Virus record (IMG/VR): IMGVR_UViG_2595698871_000001
Coordinates: 109,443 to 173,442 of that record
Reading direction: 5' to 3' (one strand)
Origin: a virus
Taxonomy: Duplodnaviria; Heunggongvirae; Uroviricota; Caudoviricetes
DNA: 64,000 nucleotides
Position 1 is the first letter of the stretch; each line of letters starts with the position of its first letter. This document shows positions 8,184 through 16,266 of the stretch, piece after piece. The position numbers and the translations under genes are program-made. The notes under the pieces were generated by a model, which had not been told where the DNA came from, searched no databases, and worked only from the letters and a program-made list of their open reading frames with translations.

Positions 8184-8572
8184 TGGCGTCTCCTGTCGAA
8201 GAGCGCCTGGACCCGACGATCCTGGCCCCGCTCATCTACCGCCACTTCTACAACGGTCCCGTCGGCGGCGCGGCCTTCCGCCTCGCGCGGATCATCCGCA
8301 ACCACGCCATGGGCCTGCCGATCCTGTCGTTCGCCGAGGTGCTCGACGAGTACCTGAACGCCAAGCTCGGACTCAATGACAGCGCCGACCCCGAGATCAG
8401 GGCGGAGAACGAGCGCACCCTCAAGACCGCCCGCGCGGCGTTCTGGAAGGCGCTCAACGGCATAGGCGATCCCGAGCACGTCGACGGACTGGTCCGCTAT
8501 GCCCAGGCCAAGAGCCTGAGCGAGTGCATCGCCGAGACCCTTGAAAAACGTCGTCCGCAACAACTGTCATGA
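8183..8572 (+). CDS. hypothetical protein (129 aa)
   Basis: ATG overlaps the upstream TGA; good codon usage. Confidence 0.5.
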   Translation: MASPVEERLDPTILAPLIYRHFYNGPVGGAAFRLARIIRNHAMGLPILSFAEVLDEYLNAKLGLNDSADPEIRAENERTLKTARAAFWKALNGIGDPEHVDGLVRYAQAKSLSECIAETLEKRRPQQLS

Positions 8573-8575
8573 ATC

Positions 8576-8639
8576 TTGACACCTGTCGGGAAAGGGGGCT
8601 AGATGACCCCCGCCTTTCACCCCCGTCCCGACAGGCTTC
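8576..8639 (+). promoter_or_regulatory. promoter (TTGACA-N17-CTAGAT) overlapped by a 10-bp inverted repeat (putative operator) upstream of the primase gene
   Basis: TTGACA 8576-8581, CTAGAT 8599-8604; inverted repeat CCTGTCGGGA (8582-8591) / TCCCGACAGG (8626-8635) flanking a GGGGG..CCCCC core. Confidence 0.4.
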
Positions 8640-11600
8640 ATGTCCGATCCCTTTGATTTCCTCGCCGCGCTGTTCGCGGCGCATGAAGGCCCGATCGCCT
8701 TCGAACACGACAACAAGACCGTCAAGACCCGCGAACCTGAGTTCGTCGAGGATCATGCCGGCGCCCTTTACGTCTCGCCGTCCACGCCGGACGGCCGCGT
8801 CGCCTTCGTGTTTGGTTCCGACCAGGACGTCGACCGCGACGCCTGGGAGTCGTTCCGCCTCAAGCCGACCGTGGTCCTCTACAAGGAGAAGACCGGCGAC
8901 ATGATCGTCGCCTGGGCCTTCGAGGAGACCCAGGAGCCCGACGACGTCCGCCGGCTGGCCGACGCCCTGGGCATGGCTGATCTGGAAGAGCCGATCCCGC
9001 TGCCGGGCACCAACGGCTGGACCTTGGTCCACGCCGAGGAGAGCGACTACTACAAGCTCGACGAGGTCGAACGCGTGTACGCGCCTGACCGCAAGGTCGG
9101 CTACCCCGACCCGCCCAAGAACCGGCAAAAAGATCGGCAATTTTCTGACACGGCTTCCTCGCAAGCCTCGGAAAAGGCTGGGAAAAAGGCTGCTTCGAAG
9201 ACCGGCAAGAAAACCGGCGCCGACGACCCGCCGTGGGACGAGGACCTCGGCGTTTATGCCGACGCCCAAATCAAGACCCGCTACGACGAGAGCGACCCGG
9301 CCCTGAGCCGCGAGATCATCGTCTCGGTCGGCGGCAACAGCAAGTCGATGAACTGGCAACCCAAGGCCATGCCCCTGGGCGCGTTCGTCGCGCAGTTCTG
9401 CCAGCACCGCGAGGGCGCCAAGGATGGCGTCTCCTTCGTCATGGGCGACATGGTGCCCGGCCAGCGCAAGAAGACGGCGGTCAAGGCCCTCTACGCGGTG
9501 GGCCTGGACGTCGACGTCGGCATGGCCTCCTCGGCGATCGACGCGGCGCTGAAGAAGTTCGGCCGCATGGCCGTGCGCTACACCACCCACTCGCACCTGA
9601 AGTCGGTCACGGACGTCAAGAAGGACGTGCTGATCAAGTGGTGCGAGCAGGAAGCCGACGGCGCCGACTACGAAGAGGACGAGGTCCTCCAGCGCTACTT
9701 CCTGGCCAAGGACCTGATGACGCCGGAGATCGCCAAGACGGTCGAGTTCAACGGCACCGAGCACAAGGATGGCGGCATCATGGTGAGCGTCAAGCACGCT
9801 CCCATCGCCAAGCACCGGATCATCGTGCCGCTCGCCGAGGCGTTCGACATCTCCAAGGTCGCCCCGACCCAGAAGGAGGCGATGGAAAAGTGGGCCAAGG
9901 TCCCGACCGCCCTGGCGGCGGAACTGGGCGTGCCGCTCGACAAGTCGTGCCTGGACCCCTCGCGCCTGTTCTATCTGCCGCGCCACGCCAAGGGCAAGCC
10001 GTTCGAGGTCAGCCTGTTCGGCGGCGACCTGTTCGACTGGAAGAGCCTGACGCTCGACGATCCGTTCGAGGCCGAGATCGCCAAGCTCTCCAAGGGCACC
10101 AGCAAGTCCAAGACCGCCGCCGGCCGTGACCTCGGCCGCTGGTCGATGAAGGCCGCCCACGGCTTCCAGGTCGTGCAGGTGATGGAGGAGCACTGCCCCG
10201 ACAAGCTGCGCCATCAGGTCTCGGCCGGCTACGAGATCGAGTGCCCGTTCGACGACCTGCACTCCAACGCCGGCGACACCGAGGACCGCGCCTGTCTGGC
10301 GGTCAATGCCGGCGACGGCCCTAGCGAGTGGTTCACCGTCCGCTGCCAGCACGAGTCCTGCCGCGAGTTCACCAACCTCGACATGCTGGGCAAGATGGTC
10401 GAGGACGGTTGGTTCGATCGCGCCTGCCTGGACGACGAGGACTACAACATCGTCGAGGCCGAGAACGCTCCCAACCCGGTGGCGGCCAAGCGCATCGAGA
10501 CCGAGGACAAGGCCAAGGAAGCCTACATGCAGGCGATCTTCGACCTGCCCGAGGTGGACTTCACCGACGACGACGTCGACAAGGTGGTGCGGACCTGCTG
10601 CGAGGCCGCCCTGGGGACCCTGGCCGAGAACAAGGCCAAGGACGCCCTCAAGGCGCGCCTGGGCGTCAACGGCACGGTCATCAACAAGATGTTCAAGGAC
10701 ATGAAGGCGGCCATCGCCCGTGACCAGAACACCGAGGGCAACATCAAGGACCCGCTGGGCCGCAGCGTCTTCTCCTACGCTGGCGAGTTCAACTTCGACG
10801 AGGCGTTCTCCTGCTGCTTCCGGGCGCTGCTGAACACCAACCGCGAGAAGGACCAGCCGATCTTCTCCTGCTTGCAGGACAAGCCGGTCCGGATGGCGAC
10901 GGACGTCGATGGGCGCCTGAAGTTCACCGAGATCGGGGCCTCGGCCGCGATGAACGCCGAACTGAACGAGCTTGTCACCTTCGTGCGCAAGAACGACCAG
11001 GGCACGGGTGTGCGCGGCCGGGTGCCTGACGACGTCGCCCGCCACGTCTACGAGAAGTGCTACACCCGTCTGCCCCGGACGCCCGAGATCATGTACACCC
11101 CGATCTATACGGCCGACGGTGACCTGATCCGCAAGCCGGGCTGGTATCAGAACCTGGACATCATGATGGCCGACATCGGCTTCCAGGTGCCCAAGGTCTT
11201 CAGCGACCCCACGCCCGAGGAGGTCCAGGAGGCCGTGCGCCTGCTGACCGACGACGTGCTGATCGACTTCCCGTTCCTGGACTACGACACCCAGGGCAAC
11301 GAGCGTCGCGAGCCGTCGCTGGCCAACGCCATGGCGATGTTGATCACCCCGTTCATGCGCCGCATGATCGATAGCTGCACCCCGGTGTTCTTCGTCTCCA
11401 AGCCCACGCCGGGCACGGGCGGCACGTTCCTGGGCATGGTGCCGATCATCCTCTTCGACGGGGAAGAGCCGGCCCCGATCCGCTATACCCAGAACGAGGA
11501 GGAGATGCAGAAGGCCCTCCTGGCGTCGCTGATGAATTCGAAGGCCTACCTGTTCTTCGATGACGTGAAGGAGTTTAACAACCGGGTGTTGCTGATGGCG

Positions 11601-12296
11601 ATCACCTCGCGTTATATTGGTGGCCGCGTCCTGGGCTCCTCGAAGAACATCGAGATGCCCAACAACTCGATCTGGATCGCCACGGGCAACAACCCGCTGA
11701 TCTCCTCGGAAATGGCCCGCCGGGTGGTCGACATCCGCCTCAACGCCAAGACCTCGGACATCCAGAAGCGCACCTATCGCCACCCCGACTACGTCCAGTG
11801 GCTGAAGGCCAACCGGGGCGAGATCGTCCACGCGATCCTGACCCTGATCGCCCACTGGATCAACTGCGGCATGCCCAAGTTCACGGCGCGCAAGCGTGCC
11901 TCGTTCGAGGACTGGTCCGAGAAGGTCGGCGGCGTGCTGATGTGCGCCAACATCGACGGCTTCCTGGACAACCGCCGCTCGGTGGCCGCCGACATGGACG
12001 AGGCCGCGATCAAGCAGTTCGTCCGCGACTGGCTGCTGAAGTGGGGCGAGAAGGCTCCGGTCAAGATCGCCGACCTGTGGAGCTACGCTTTCGACATGGA
12101 ACTCGACATCGTGTCGGGCGCCAACGACGACCAGAAGAAGGCCCGCTTCATGCGCATCCTTCCGACCCTGGACGGCCGGACGTTCAAGATGCCGCGCGGC
12201 GACTGCATGGTCCGCGCAGGCGCCGACGTCGACGGCAACGTCACCTATCATCTGGAGCGCTTGAGCGCGCCGGAGGAGGTCCTGGAGACTGCCTGA
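8640..12296 (+). CDS. large replication protein: AEP-superfamily primase-polymerase N-terminus, zinc-binding region, large C-terminal domain (1218 aa)
   Basis: AEP-like motifs VGLDVDVG (DxD), RYTTHSH (sxH), DKSCLDPSRLFYLPRHAKG (motif III-like); Cys/His cluster HCPDKL...ECPFDDLHS...RCQHESC; no Walker A found, so the C-terminal domain is not an obvious helicase. Confidence 0.55.
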   Translation: MSDPFDFLAALFAAHEGPIAFEHDNKTVKTREPEFVEDHAGALYVSPSTPDGRVAFVFGSDQDVDRDAWESFRLKPTVVLYKEKTGDMIVAWAFEETQEPDDVRRLADALGMADLEEPIPLPGTNGWTLVHAEESDYYKLDEVERVYAPDRKVGYPDPPKNRQKDRQFSDTASSQASEKAGKKAASKTGKKTGADDPPWDEDLGVYADAQIKTRYDESDPALSREIIVSVGGNSKSMNWQPKAMPLGAFVAQFCQHREGAKDGVSFVMGDMVPGQRKKTAVKALYAVGLDVDVGMASSAIDAALKKFGRMAVRYTTHSHLKSVTDVKKDVLIKWCEQEADGADYEEDEVLQRYFLAKDLMTPEIAKTVEFNGTEHKDGGIMVSVKHAPIAKHRIIVPLAEAFDISKVAPTQKEAMEKWAKVPTALAAELGVPLDKSCLDPSRLFYLPRHAKGKPFEVSLFGGDLFDWKSLTLDDPFEAEIAKLSKGTSKSKTAAGRDLGRWSMKAAHGFQVVQVMEEHCPDKLRHQVSAGYEIECPFDDLHSNAGDTEDRACLAVNAGDGPSEWFTVRCQHESCREFTNLDMLGKMVEDGWFDRACLDDEDYNIVEAENAPNPVAAKRIETEDKAKEAYMQAIFDLPEVDFTDDDVDKVVRTCCEAALGTLAENKAKDALKARLGVNGTVINKMFKDMKAAIARDQNTEGNIKDPLGRSVFSYAGEFNFDEAFSCCFRALLNTNREKDQPIFSCLQDKPVRMATDVDGRLKFTEIGASAAMNAELNELVTFVRKNDQGTGVRGRVPDDVARHVYEKCYTRLPRTPEIMYTPIYTADGDLIRKPGWYQNLDIMMADIGFQVPKVFSDPTPEEVQEAVRLLTDDVLIDFPFLDYDTQGNERREPSLANAMAMLITPFMRRMIDSCTPVFFVSKPTPGTGGTFLGMVPIILFDGEEPAPIRYTQNEEEMQKALLASLMNSKAYLFFDDVKEFNNRVLLMAITSRYIGGRVLGSSKNIEMPNNSIWIATGNNPLISSEMARRVVDIRLNAKTSDIQKRTYRHPDYVQWLKANRGEIVHAILTLIAHWINCGMPKFTARKRASFEDWSEKVGGVLMCANIDGFLDNRRSVAADMDEAAIKQFVRDWLLKWGEKAPVKIADLWSYAFDMELDIVSGANDDQKKARFMRILPTLDGRTFKMPRGDCMVRAGADVDGNVTYHLERLSAPEEVLETA

Positions 12297-12322
12297 CGGG
12301 GGTGAGTGCTCCAGGACTACGA

Positions 12323-12356
12323 GAAAGGCCCCAGGAGCGATCCTGGGGCCTTTTGA
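12323..12356. terminator. intrinsic terminator hairpin between convergent genes (GGCCCCAGGA gcga TCCTGGGGCC TTTT)
   Basis: Perfect 10-bp GC stem with a 4-nt loop; TTTT on the plus strand, TTTCTC on the minus strand. Confidence 0.6.
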
Positions 12357-12365
12357 GTTGTAGCC

Positions 12366-12755
12366 TTAGAGCCAGACGACCCGAGGCGGTTTGCCCCGCT
12401 CACGCACGATCCTGACGTCGCCGCTCGCGACGAGCTTGGCGAACATCTTGTCGAGCGAGGAGGTCTTGGTCTTGCCCTTCTGGGCGGCCTGGGCGCGCCG
12501 GCGCTGGCGGCGGTTCATCTGCCCTTCATCGGCGACGGCGTAATTGGTGCTGTCGGGCTCGGAGCCCCGGCCGTAGCTCATCTCGAACGAGGCCGACTGG
12601 AGTTCCTGGCGGGTGAGCTTGCCGCTGGTGATCGCTTGGTCCAGGACGGCGATCGCATCGGGCGGGTACTTGTCGCGGACGGCCTCCAGATAGGCCGCCT
12701 TCTCCTCGGGGGAGAGGGCCTCGGCCGGGTCGAGAGTGGAGGGGTGAGGCGTCAT
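12366..12755 (-). CDS. hypothetical protein (129 aa)
   Basis: ORF with good codon usage; tggag RBS; convergent with the primase gene. Confidence 0.5.
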   Translation of the reverse strand: MTPHPSTLDPAEALSPEEKAAYLEAVRDKYPPDAIAVLDQAITSGKLTRQELQSASFEMSYGRGSEPDSTNYAVADEGQMNRRQRRRAQAAQKGKTKTSSLDKMFAKLVASGDVRIVRERGKPPRVVWL

Positions 12756-12804
12756 GAAAATCTCCAGAGGCGGGAATGTCGCCCTTCATGACACGCCCGG
12801 CAGT

Positions 12805-12870
12805 AGACGTAAAGTGTTGACAGACGACACTCGATCCCGGTATGTGATCCTTGTACGGTAAGGGAAACCG
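12805..12870 (+). promoter_or_regulatory. promoter-like element (aaaGTGTTGACAGacgacac...)
   Basis: TTGACA 12817-12822 with a weaker -10 (gtatgt); drives the plus-strand regulator cassette. Confidence 0.35.
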
Positions 12871-13470
12871 ATGAACGACGACGATTTGGACTGGCAGGAC
12901 GGCGAGCTTTCGCCGGCCCGCGCTCCGGTCACGACCAAGGACATCGCCGATGTCGCCCAGGCTCCGGCCGGCGGGCGGATGGCGGCGATGCGTGAAGCGG
13001 GTGATGCGCATCGGCGCGACTTCCTGCTCCTGCGCGGTCCGCTGGGCGTGGTCCGTCTGTCGCTCGCGCACGTTCCGGCGCTGCACGCTCTTTGGCGAGT
13101 CTGGTCGCGCAAGCGCACGGCCCAGACCGCCGATCCTGGCGCCAGTCTTGCAGAGATCGGCGAGGAGATGAATTTGCCGGCGGCCTCGGTGCGTCCGATG
13201 GTCGTCAGCCTGCTCAAGAACCGACTCATCCGGACGCGGCGCAGCCACCACGGATGGCAAGGGGTGCGGGCGACCTACTACCCGTCGGCGATCGCCGTCC
13301 AGGCCCTGGCCTTGGCGGAGGTCCTCGGTCCGGGGCATGCGGTTCAGGTGGGGCGCAACGCCTCGGCCTGGGCCAATCGCAGCCTGACCGAACCCGGCAA
13401 CCTGTTCCAACACGCCGCCTTGTTGCGCGGCGGGGCTCCCCTCGGGGCCTCCGAGACGGAGTATTCATGA
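12871..13470 (+). CDS. hypothetical protein, possible winged-helix (MarR-like) DNA-binding protein
   Basis: Segment SLAEIGEEMNLPAASVRPMVVSLLKNRLIRTRRS resembles a MarR-type recognition helix and wing; weak. Confidence 0.45.
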   Translation: MNDDDLDWQDGELSPARAPVTTKDIADVAQAPAGGRMAAMREAGDAHRRDFLLLRGPLGVVRLSLAHVPALHALWRVWSRKRTAQTADPGASLAEIGEEMNLPAASVRPMVVSLLKNRLIRTRRSHHGWQGVRATYYPSAIAVQALALAEVLGPGHAVQVGRNASAWANRSLTEPGNLFQHAALLRGGAPLGASETEYS

Positions 13471-13471
13471 G

Positions 13472-13888
13472 ATGCCTCAACGCCAAAAAGACGTCCAAGC
13501 CCAAGCCGACAAGCCCGCTGGGGCTCAGGGAGGCGCGCAGCCTGGAAGTTCTCAAGGCGAGGCCGCCCAGGCTGCGCAGCTTCTGAGCCCCGAGGCGATC
13601 GGTCAGATCGGCGAAGCGCTCGGCGGCCGGACCCATTGGCAGGCCTCGATCGCCCGCCGCGTCGGCGTCTCCAAGTCGCAGATCACCCGCTACCTCAACG
13701 GCGATCGCACGCCCAACACCGCGCTGGGCGACAGCTATCTCGAACTGATGCTCGACAACCTCGCCGAGCTTTCGGACCTGCTCTCGACGCCCGGCCTGCC
13801 CCAGGCTGACGGTGCCGACGTCGCCGAAGCCCAGCGCCACATCCATCACGCCGTGCGCCTCCTGCGCGACAAAGTTCTCTACGCCTGA
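13472..13888 (+). CDS. HTH (XRE-like) DNA-binding protein
   Basis: ASIARRVGVSKSQITRYLNGDRTPN is a helix-turn-helix signature; the N-terminus is low-complexity A/Q/G-rich, so the start is uncertain. Confidence 0.5.
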   Translation: MPQRQKDVQAQADKPAGAQGGAQPGSSQGEAAQAAQLLSPEAIGQIGEALGGRTHWQASIARRVGVSKSQITRYLNGDRTPNTALGDSYLELMLDNLAELSDLLSTPGLPQADGADVAEAQRHIHHAVRLLRDKVLYA

Positions 13889-13896
13889 AGGACCCC

Positions 13897-14358
13897 ATGA
13901 CGACCCTGATCGAACAACTCCGCAACGACGCCCTGGCCGCGCGCAAGGCCGCCATCAAGAAGGAAGCCGGCGGTGAGCACGCCGCGCTCCTGGCCTCGGT
14001 GGCGTCCGACGCCACCATGATCGGCAAGAACGACCGCGCCGCGCCCGGCCGCGAACCGACCGACGACGAGACCGCCAAGGTCGTGAAGAAGTACATCGCC
14101 GGCCTGGAGACCTCGATCGAGGCCGCCCGGAGCGAGGAGGAGCGCTCGCGCTTCATCGTCGAGAAGCGGCGCCTGGAGGGCTTCCTGCCGCAGATGCTCG
14201 ACGGCGGTCACCTGACCGACGCCATCCACGTGACCCTGGCCAAGCTGGGCGTCGATCGCGACGTCAAGAGCACCAAGGCGGTGGTCGCCGATCTGCAAGA
14301 GACCTACCCCGGTCAGATTGACCCGGCGGCCGTCTCGCGCTACCTTCGCAACGTCTGA
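13897..14358 (+). CDS. GatB/YqeY-domain protein
   Basis: Collinear with B. subtilis YqeY from memory: L.EQL..D...A.K..........D.E...V.KKY..........EE...F.VE..RLEGFLPQML....L. Confidence 0.65.
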   Translation: MTTLIEQLRNDALAARKAAIKKEAGGEHAALLASVASDATMIGKNDRAAPGREPTDDETAKVVKKYIAGLETSIEAARSEEERSRFIVEKRRLEGFLPQMLDGGHLTDAIHVTLAKLGVDRDVKSTKAVVADLQETYPGQIDPAAVSRYLRNV

Positions 14359-14385
14359 TCCCAGACGAAATCCCAACCAGAACTC

Positions 14386-14419
14386 AAAAGGCCCCGGAGC
14401 GATCCGGGGCCTTTTCTTC
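14386..14419. terminator. bidirectional intrinsic terminator (AAAA GGCCCCGGA gcga TCCGGGGCC TTTTCTTC)
   Basis: 9-bp GC stem with the same gcga loop as the 12.3-kb terminator; T-tracts on both strands; convergent gene ends. Confidence 0.65.
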
Positions 14420-14427
14420 GTCCAGGT

Positions 14428-14748
14428 CTACCGGCGCTGCGCCGGCGGATCGCCATAGATGACGGGGTAGTGGGCGCGCACGTCAGGCGGCGTGAAGTCG
14501 CCCCCGTCCTTGACGCACTCGCGCGCCCGCATGACGGTGTGGTCGTAGAGGGTCAGAAGCTCCTCGCGCGTCAGCGCCATCAGGGCGTTGGTGAACCAGA
14601 CGCGCTGGGAGCCGTGGACCTCGGTCGGCTCGTAAGGCAGCGGCGCGGTCAAGAACACCTGATGCGCGCGGTTCTCACGCCAGTTGGCGATCTTGAGCGC
14701 CCGCTGGAGGAGGCCCATGGGGTTGACGTCTTCGTTAGGCGGCTTCAT
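14428..14748 (-). CDS. hypothetical protein (106 aa)
   Basis: Start at the internal Met (MKPPNEDV) with an aagagga RBS; upstream ORF extension is shadow. Confidence 0.5.
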   Translation of the reverse strand: MKPPNEDVNPMGLLQRALKIANWRENRAHQVFLTAPLPYEPTEVHGSQRVWFTNALMALTREELLTLYDHTVMRARECVKDGGDFTPPDVRAHYPVIYGDPPAQRR

Positions 14749-15808
14749 CGTCGGTGTCCTCTTGCTTGGCCAGCCAGTCGGCGTAGAGCGCCTCCAGGAC
14801 CTTGACGCGGGCGCCGTCCATGTCGGACGGATCACGCAGGCCCTCGAACACCCCGTGGCGCGGCAGGTCGTAGTCGCCGGCCAGGGCGTAGCTCATCTTG
14901 ACGAACTGACCCACCGGCGGGTTGACGAAGTAGTCGGCCTTGGTCTTGTCGTTGAGGCCCGAGGCGATCCGCGCCACCTTGCCCGGCCATTCGGGGAAGA
15001 TCACCAGCAGCTTGCCGGCGCGGCCCTTGGCGGCCTTGTTCGCCTTGTGGGTCGAGCGCTTGGTGTAGCCGCGCTCGTCGAGCGTCGCCTCGTTGTTGTT
15101 GGCGAACTCCTCCTCGACGCCGATGCAGACGCCCTCCAGGTCGGCCTTGTCCTTGGCCTTGACGTTGTAGCCCTCCAGGACCGTCGAGCGGCCGGGCTTG
15201 TAGGGGCCGTCGATCGCGCAGAAGATCAGGCCCTCGTCCTCGTTCTCCAGCGCCTCCAGGTACATGGCCAGCGCCTCCTCGGCGTTGCGAAGCAGGCGCT
15301 GCTCCAGGACCACTACCCACGACGGCAGGGACAGTTCCAGGGCCTTGAGCGCGGCGAGGCGCTCGGCCTTGCCGCCCGGCGCCAGGAAGTGCTCGAAGAC
15401 ATAGTAGCGGATGTCGGGCTCGCCCTCATGGGTCATCACCGCCGAGGTCGAGCCCCGGAAGTTCAGCTTGCCATCGGTCAGGATGCCGATCTCGCCGTCC
15501 AGGCCGTGCGGCAGCGTCGACAGCAGCTTGCGCACGTGCAGGTTCGGGATGTACTTCAGCGACCGGGTGATGCCGTGGCCGATCGTGTCGCGCTCGTTGG
15601 TCACCCAGCCGGCCTCGGTGTGGGTGATCGCCGCCTCGATCCTGTCGGGATGCACCGGCGAGACGCTGGCCCGGACCCCGTCCTTTTTGAAGGACCCGTA
15701 GCAGGGGAACGTGATCCGCGTGGCGAACTCGCTGGGCTTGACCGAGTCGGTGTCGGCTAGGGCGATACGGAAGCGCTTGTAAAGCTTGGGCTTCTTGATC
15801 TTGCTCAT
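14735..15808 (-). CDS. ATP-dependent DNA (or RNA) ligase, KxDG nucleotidyltransferase family
   Basis: Motif I SFKKDGVRAS (KxDGxR), LDGEIGIL (III), EGLIFCAIDGPYKPGRS (IV), KAKDKADLEGVCIG (V); 357 aa; gagggga RBS. Confidence 0.7.
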   Translation of the reverse strand: MSKIKKPKLYKRFRIALADTDSVKPSEFATRITFPCYGSFKKDGVRASVSPVHPDRIEAAITHTEAGWVTNERDTIGHGITRSLKYIPNLHVRKLLSTLPHGLDGEIGILTDGKLNFRGSTSAVMTHEGEPDIRYYVFEHFLAPGGKAERLAALKALELSLPSWVVVLEQRLLRNAEEALAMYLEALENEDEGLIFCAIDGPYKPGRSTVLEGYNVKAKDKADLEGVCIGVEEEFANNNEATLDERGYTKRSTHKANKAAKGRAGKLLVIFPEWPGKVARIASGLNDKTKADYFVNPPVGQFVKMSYALAGDYDLPRHGVFEGLRDPSDMDGARVKVLEALYADWLAKQEDTDDEAA

Positions 15809-16266
15809 CTCAATTTCCCCTCGATCAACTTGAGGCCGGGCTGGTCCCGGTCCATCTGGTAGACGGTGTAGCGATCGCCGTCGAACTCGACGCTGTAGAC
15901 CCGGATGCCGGCGTTGAGGCACTGCATCCACATGTCGCGCGTGCCCGGCCCGCCGGGAAACGCCACGCAGACGTCGGGCTGGCTGGTCTCACGCATGCGG
16001 GTGTTGCGCCGCTTGGGCGCATCGTCGCCCTCGCCGTCGAGCGCCGGGTCGACCTTGTAGACCTCGGTGGCGAACCCCCACTTCGCGGCCCAGGCGCGGC
16101 AGAGCCGGTCATAGCCCACCGCGTCGCCGTCGACCCAGATCATGTCGCGCGGCCAGCGCAGCGCCGAGACCAGGGCGGACAGCACAAGGGTGGGCGCGAT
16201 CTCGACGACGCCGACCCGGCCGCCGCAGACCACCGCGACGAAAGGACGTTCAGCTTCAGGCGTCAT
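15805..16266 (-). CDS. hypothetical protein, possible SLOG/LOG-like Rossmann domain
   Basis: VAVVCGGRVGV...VCVAFPGGPGTRDM resembles the GGxGT motif of LOG/YspA-type domains; start at the internal Met (MTPEAERPF) overlapping the upstream stop. Confidence 0.45.
   Translation of the reverse strand: MTPEAERPFVAVVCGGRVGVVEIAPTLVLSALVSALRWPRDMIWVDGDAVGYDRLCRAWAAKWGFATEVYKVDPALDGEGDDAPKRRNTRMRETSQPDVCVAFPGGPGTRDMWMQCLNAGIRVYSVEFDGDRYTVYQMDRDQPGLKLIEGKLR

Noticed and set aside
8454-12251. 1265-aa minus-strand ORF and plus-strand ORF 9233..10129 inside the primase gene
   Set aside because: R/G/D/L-rich shadow frames of the 8640..12296 gene, which carries the AEP primase motifs.
12526-13849. Minus-strand ORFs 12526..13413, 12786..13229 and 13226..13849
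   Set aside because: Low-complexity shadow frames antisense to the plus-strand regulator genes.
14684-15760. Plus-strand 358-aa ORF antisense to the ligase
   Set aside because: Shadow frame; the ligase strand carries KxDG motifs I–V.
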